64,000 bases of DNA, taken from positions 2,731 to 66,730 of the forward strand of contig DF237455.1 of NCBI GenBank assembly GCA_000708835.1, written 5' to 3'. Each line of letters starts with the position of its first letter. Position 1 is the stretch's first letter. The notes beneath the pieces are model-generated. The model was not told the DNA's origin, searched no databases, and saw only the letters and a program-made list of their open reading frames with translations. Source of the DNA: Klebsormidium nitens. Lineage: Eukaryota; Plantae; Klebsormidiophyceae. The translations under genes were made by a program, and so were the position numbers. Below are positions 60,073 through 64,000 of the stretch, in pieces.

Positions 60073-63000
60073 ATGGAACGTCGCAAGCATGGCGCCGTCC
60101 CTCCAAGTGCCACGTGGCACAGCCTCATTGCAGCGATCGGGTTGGTCGGCCTTCTCTTTGTAAGGCAAGCGGAGGGGGGCGTTTCGGGGCAGCCCATGTG
60201 TGACTACCAGCCTGGAGCAGGAATGGGGAACACCTTTATTTTGTCGAGAATGTCGGTGCCCTTCGCAAAGGACGACTCACTGGGGGAGTTCTACGTGGAT
60301 GAGGGACGCCGCCTCATGTTCACCACGTGGAACAACGGGGTGAGGACACGTGTGATCTGACGGGTGGTTGTCGACTCCAAAGACATCTGCAGCCTTTCAA
60401 ACAATGTCTTGCTGAGTCATTGGACCGCTTGCAAACACCTTGCAAAGCAGCGCCTCTGAGTTGGATTCAAACACGTCCGGTTGCAAGAACTTCAAAAAGG
60501 GGCGTAGTACAAGATCTTCAACCAGAGTCGTAAGCAGCATGTTTGCGAAAGTGGCCGACACCTGTCTTTGAAGCTGTGACAGCTGTCCGACATTGACTTT
60601 ATATGCATGGAACAGGTGTACATGTTCCCGCTGTCACTGGACGGGAGTTACCTGCCCACGTTCCTGTGCCCCCAGAAGAAGCTGCAAACGCTGAACTATG
60701 CCAACGGGAACCTCATGCTGATTCCCTTGGCTCTGGACACGTCTCGGGGCATCCTCTTTGCGCCGAGCGAAACAGGCGGCTCAAGTTCCAAGCCGATTTG
60801 GTATGCCATTGAGTACACAGGTGAGCAGAGGAGGCTTGCACTTTACCCTTTGCGAAGTCAGTACCGACACATCGGTAGGACAGACAAGAGCGCATCAATC
60901 CCAGCAGTCGATTGCCGTGCTGTTTTTCCTACCTTTTTGAGCGCCACATGGTTCTGTGAAGCGGCTTTCTGCAAAGCAGTCGTGTGCTTTGCAAGGGCAG
61001 TAAACGAGAAGAGCTTACGCCCCCATAGTAGCTGCTTCTACAGTGTTGATGTGGTCCCTGAGCCTGAGAGTGGAGTCTTGTGCACAACCTTGTAAAGTAC
61101 TCACCTTTTCCGCACTGCGGCAAGCAGAACCTATGCAAATCAACTTCCCCGATGGAAGCCTACTGTTTACGGTGGAACTTATTCCGTGTGTATTTGTCGA
61201 GAATGCAAAGCGTAGTCGATCAGTGCACGCTTAACCACCGCTCCTCATTGCCCACCTTTCCTCATCACAGTCAGCCCCGTCCGCATCACGACGATGACGC
61301 ACACGTCCGGGACTTTCGCGGGCACCGGCGCGGGCGCGCCGCGCTCGCTCGACTACGACTCGGTGAAGAAGCGGCTCATCACCGCCGTCAAGGGCGCCCC
61401 CATCATTCTGCTAGACGTGACGTCACTAAGCACGACCCCGGGCACAACCGTAGTGGGCATGACGCCCGGTACGAACGGGCTGCAGGGGTTGGATTGGACC
61501 GGCGCCGGGCTTGACGTCACCAACCGGTGGGGCCACTTTGTCGGGCAGCAGTACCAGGCGTCGTCCAGCACGTGGAACATGGGGGTAAGGTCTCCCCGTG
61601 GGGGACCCCCCCGGAAGAGTAGCTTTGCTTGATTCCTTTGACTCCATTTTGATGCGGATCCTGCCCTCAGGTCGTCTTGTGAAGCGGCAAATTCTTTTCA
61701 GGCTGTTCTCATTGCGAGAGTTTCAGCAAACGTCACGATGTTGAAAACAAGGGCGTTCTTCCCTTCTGATTAAGCTGCAGTCCGTCATTTGAAGAAGAGA
61801 CGGTCTCAACTAATGTTCAAACATTTCTCTCACCTGATTGCTGCGTTTCAGTGCACTGGTCGCGCTCCGGCAACGGACCTGCTTCAGTATGAAGTCTACA
61901 CAGTCAAGCTTACTAAGACTTCGCAGCCTGTCGGTTTCTGGAACCCACCATTTAACTCACCATCCGATTCCTGTACAGGTGTCGACAAAGGTGAACCTAG
62001 ACAATATTCACCTGAGCAGTGCTTGGACCACCCCCTCATATTTTAGCAACTTGAATAAGGCCTATTACTACCGCTTCCAAGTGGGCGTAATTCCCAATTC
62101 CAGCGTCTACTGGACGGGGCGTCACACCGACACTACCAGCTTCACCATAAGCGCCGGCGGTATGAAATCGTTAGGCTGGCTGATGCGGTAAGTTTAACAG
62201 GGGCTTTTGGCTGCTAACCAGGCTGCTTACTAGACTTGATTTTCAGGTTATCGGAGCTACCAGTGTTAATTTATGCTCCAAGGGTGGTTACCACCCAAGT
62301 CTGGTTACGGGACAAATAACCCATTTTCAGCTTTCTCATAACCATCCAGGGTTAACCGTAAACTCCTGAATTGAGCAGCTCATAACCATCCAGGTTTAAC
62401 GGAAAGGATTCCTGAGTTTGGCAAAGTCTGATCAACCCATCAAGTTATCGACCACGAATCGAACCAGAGCCAATGGTCAAATGAATCGAATTGCGAGATG
62501 AGGCGGGCGGCGGCAGGGATTACACGCGCGAGCAGGCAACCGCCGTCCCGAGCTTTGCTTTAATATACGAGAAGTCAAACATTTGCCTGCCCTCCGAATT
62601 CAAGAACAGAGTGCGGTCGCTCGATTTTGTAAACTCAAAGTGGCAACATCTGCGGCCCTGCGAGGGGAGCGAAACGAAGGGAATCCTCAGAAAGGCCCGC
62701 GGTGCGGAATCCATTTTCAAGTGGGCTGTCTGCAAGGCAACATATCTTAAAGCTGGCAGCGGGACTTGATCTGCTTCCAGGGCGCCCGATCGATTCAACA
62801 TAAGTGTTCCGCTCGATGCAAAGAGCAACAAACGGGTGCGGTTAGTTAGCGGGTTAGGGGTTGCGGGTGCGGAGCACGTGCTCACGTTTCAATCAAGTAG
62901 ACGGTTTCAGATTGAGTTTGCGTAGAGTTCACTTTGCTGGTTCGTAACTGGGTTTGCTTTCACTAACCGAGAAGTACCTGATTGCGAGTCGGTCCCGCGC

Positions 63001-64000
63001 CTGCTGCTAAGGTGACACGTGTCCGCTCCTCTGCAGGCGCGACTACTCAAGCGTGACGGCCTCATGGCAGCTCACCGGCGTGACGGATAAGATAAATGGC
63101 TTTGGACTCGACCCCGCGACCCAGCAAGTGTACATGGGCACCTCGCAGCAGCTGAATACGACTTACCTGGTGCCGTACAGCCGCATCGTAAGCTTCGAAT
63201 TACCATTACCTTCTCGAAGGTATTTAGGGGCTTTCTAACTTGTTCTGCCAATGCAGCGAAAGGATGCTTCCCCGTCTTTTGCAGCTGTTTGTATTAGCTG
63301 AAGCGCAACGGTGTCGGTGCGTTTGTCCCCAGGCCTCGCGACCGCGGTAACCTTTTGACCGAAGACCTCGGCTTCAGACGTTTGTGTGTCAATCCGCCAC
63401 AGCTGTTTCATTCACACGACGAGCTGATGCGCGTCCTTTGAAAACGTACAAATACCAACCTTAAGCGCCGAGAAGGGCTTAGCAGCAGCTGCGGTTTTCA
63501 TGCGGCACAAACATAGTACTACCCGCCCATTCTTTCAGAGTCATTTGCGCCAAACCCAATCTTTCACCGACTCCTGGCAAGCGCGATTGACGCCTCTTTC
63601 TTGGCGTCCGCGCAGTACAACACGGATACGGACTCCCAATGGCGCATGAACGCCAAATACGGACCGTTCAGCCGGGACCAAGTCAACGGCAACTACGGCC
63701 AGCTGATAGGCTCCCTTTGGTTCAGCAACCAGACCGACATCGGCATCGCGTGGCACTCGAGCATCTCCAACCCCGGGGGGGTCGACTTAGTCGCCTTCCG
63801 GCGCTACTCCTGCTGGAACGCCTCCACCCCCTGCGCGAGCATTTCCGGGGGCTACTGTTCTTGCCGAGTGCCCAACACGCCCTATTTACTCTCGTACTAC
63901 CAACCGGTGCAGCTGTATTCTTGCATCGGGGGAGCGCAGGCGAACAACACAGCCAACCCCCCGGCGTACCCCACCTGCGAGTGGACGCCCTTCCACCCCC
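60073..64000 (+). CDS. Secreted beta-propeller-like protein of unknown family, paralog B (runs off the window)
   Basis: Exons 60073-60339, 60616-60820, 61271-61584, 61979-62187, 63037-63187 and about 63541->64000, with GT-AG sites and compatible phases. It has a signal-peptide-like N-terminus, several N-glycosylation sequons and a Cys-rich segment in the last exon. A 5'UTR intron lies at 59688-60061. Confidence 0.85.

Noticed and set aside
1-64000. CRISPR arrays, rRNA and tRNA genes
   Set aside because: None seen; the repeat arrays are degenerate exon-derived duplications, not constant repeats with unique spacers.

Overview
Intron-rich eukaryotic genomic DNA. The gene set (plant-type F2KP, SOS1 and FIP2 together with the ciliary gene tectonic) and GTGAGC/GTGCGC donors suggest a ciliated streptophyte alga such as Klebsormidium; this is inference. 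I rebuilt eight multi-exon genes by hand from splice signals and recalled homologues: a bHLH-ACT transcription factor (-), 6-phosphofructo-2-kinase/fructose-2,6-bisphosphatase (+), a 23-exon SOS1 Na+/H+ antiporter (+), a BTB-pentapeptide FIP2/KCTD9-like gene (-), mitochondrial ATP synthase epsilon (+), tectonic (-), and two paralogous genes for an unrecognised secreted beta-propeller-like protein, in inverted orientation at the two window edges. The most unusual signal is a series of degenerate 'exon echoes': tandem copies of exon ends, usually with their splice site, in F2KP and SOS1 introns. They are often interleaved with telomere-like heptamers whose G-strand points away from the exon. At SOS1 exon 18 the primary copy is frameshifted while an echo is intact. 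There are also a small TIR element, a second inverted-repeat element and decayed SWIM/MULE-like fragments. No rRNA, tRNA or CRISPR array was seen. Exon coordinates were read by eye and may be off by a few bases.
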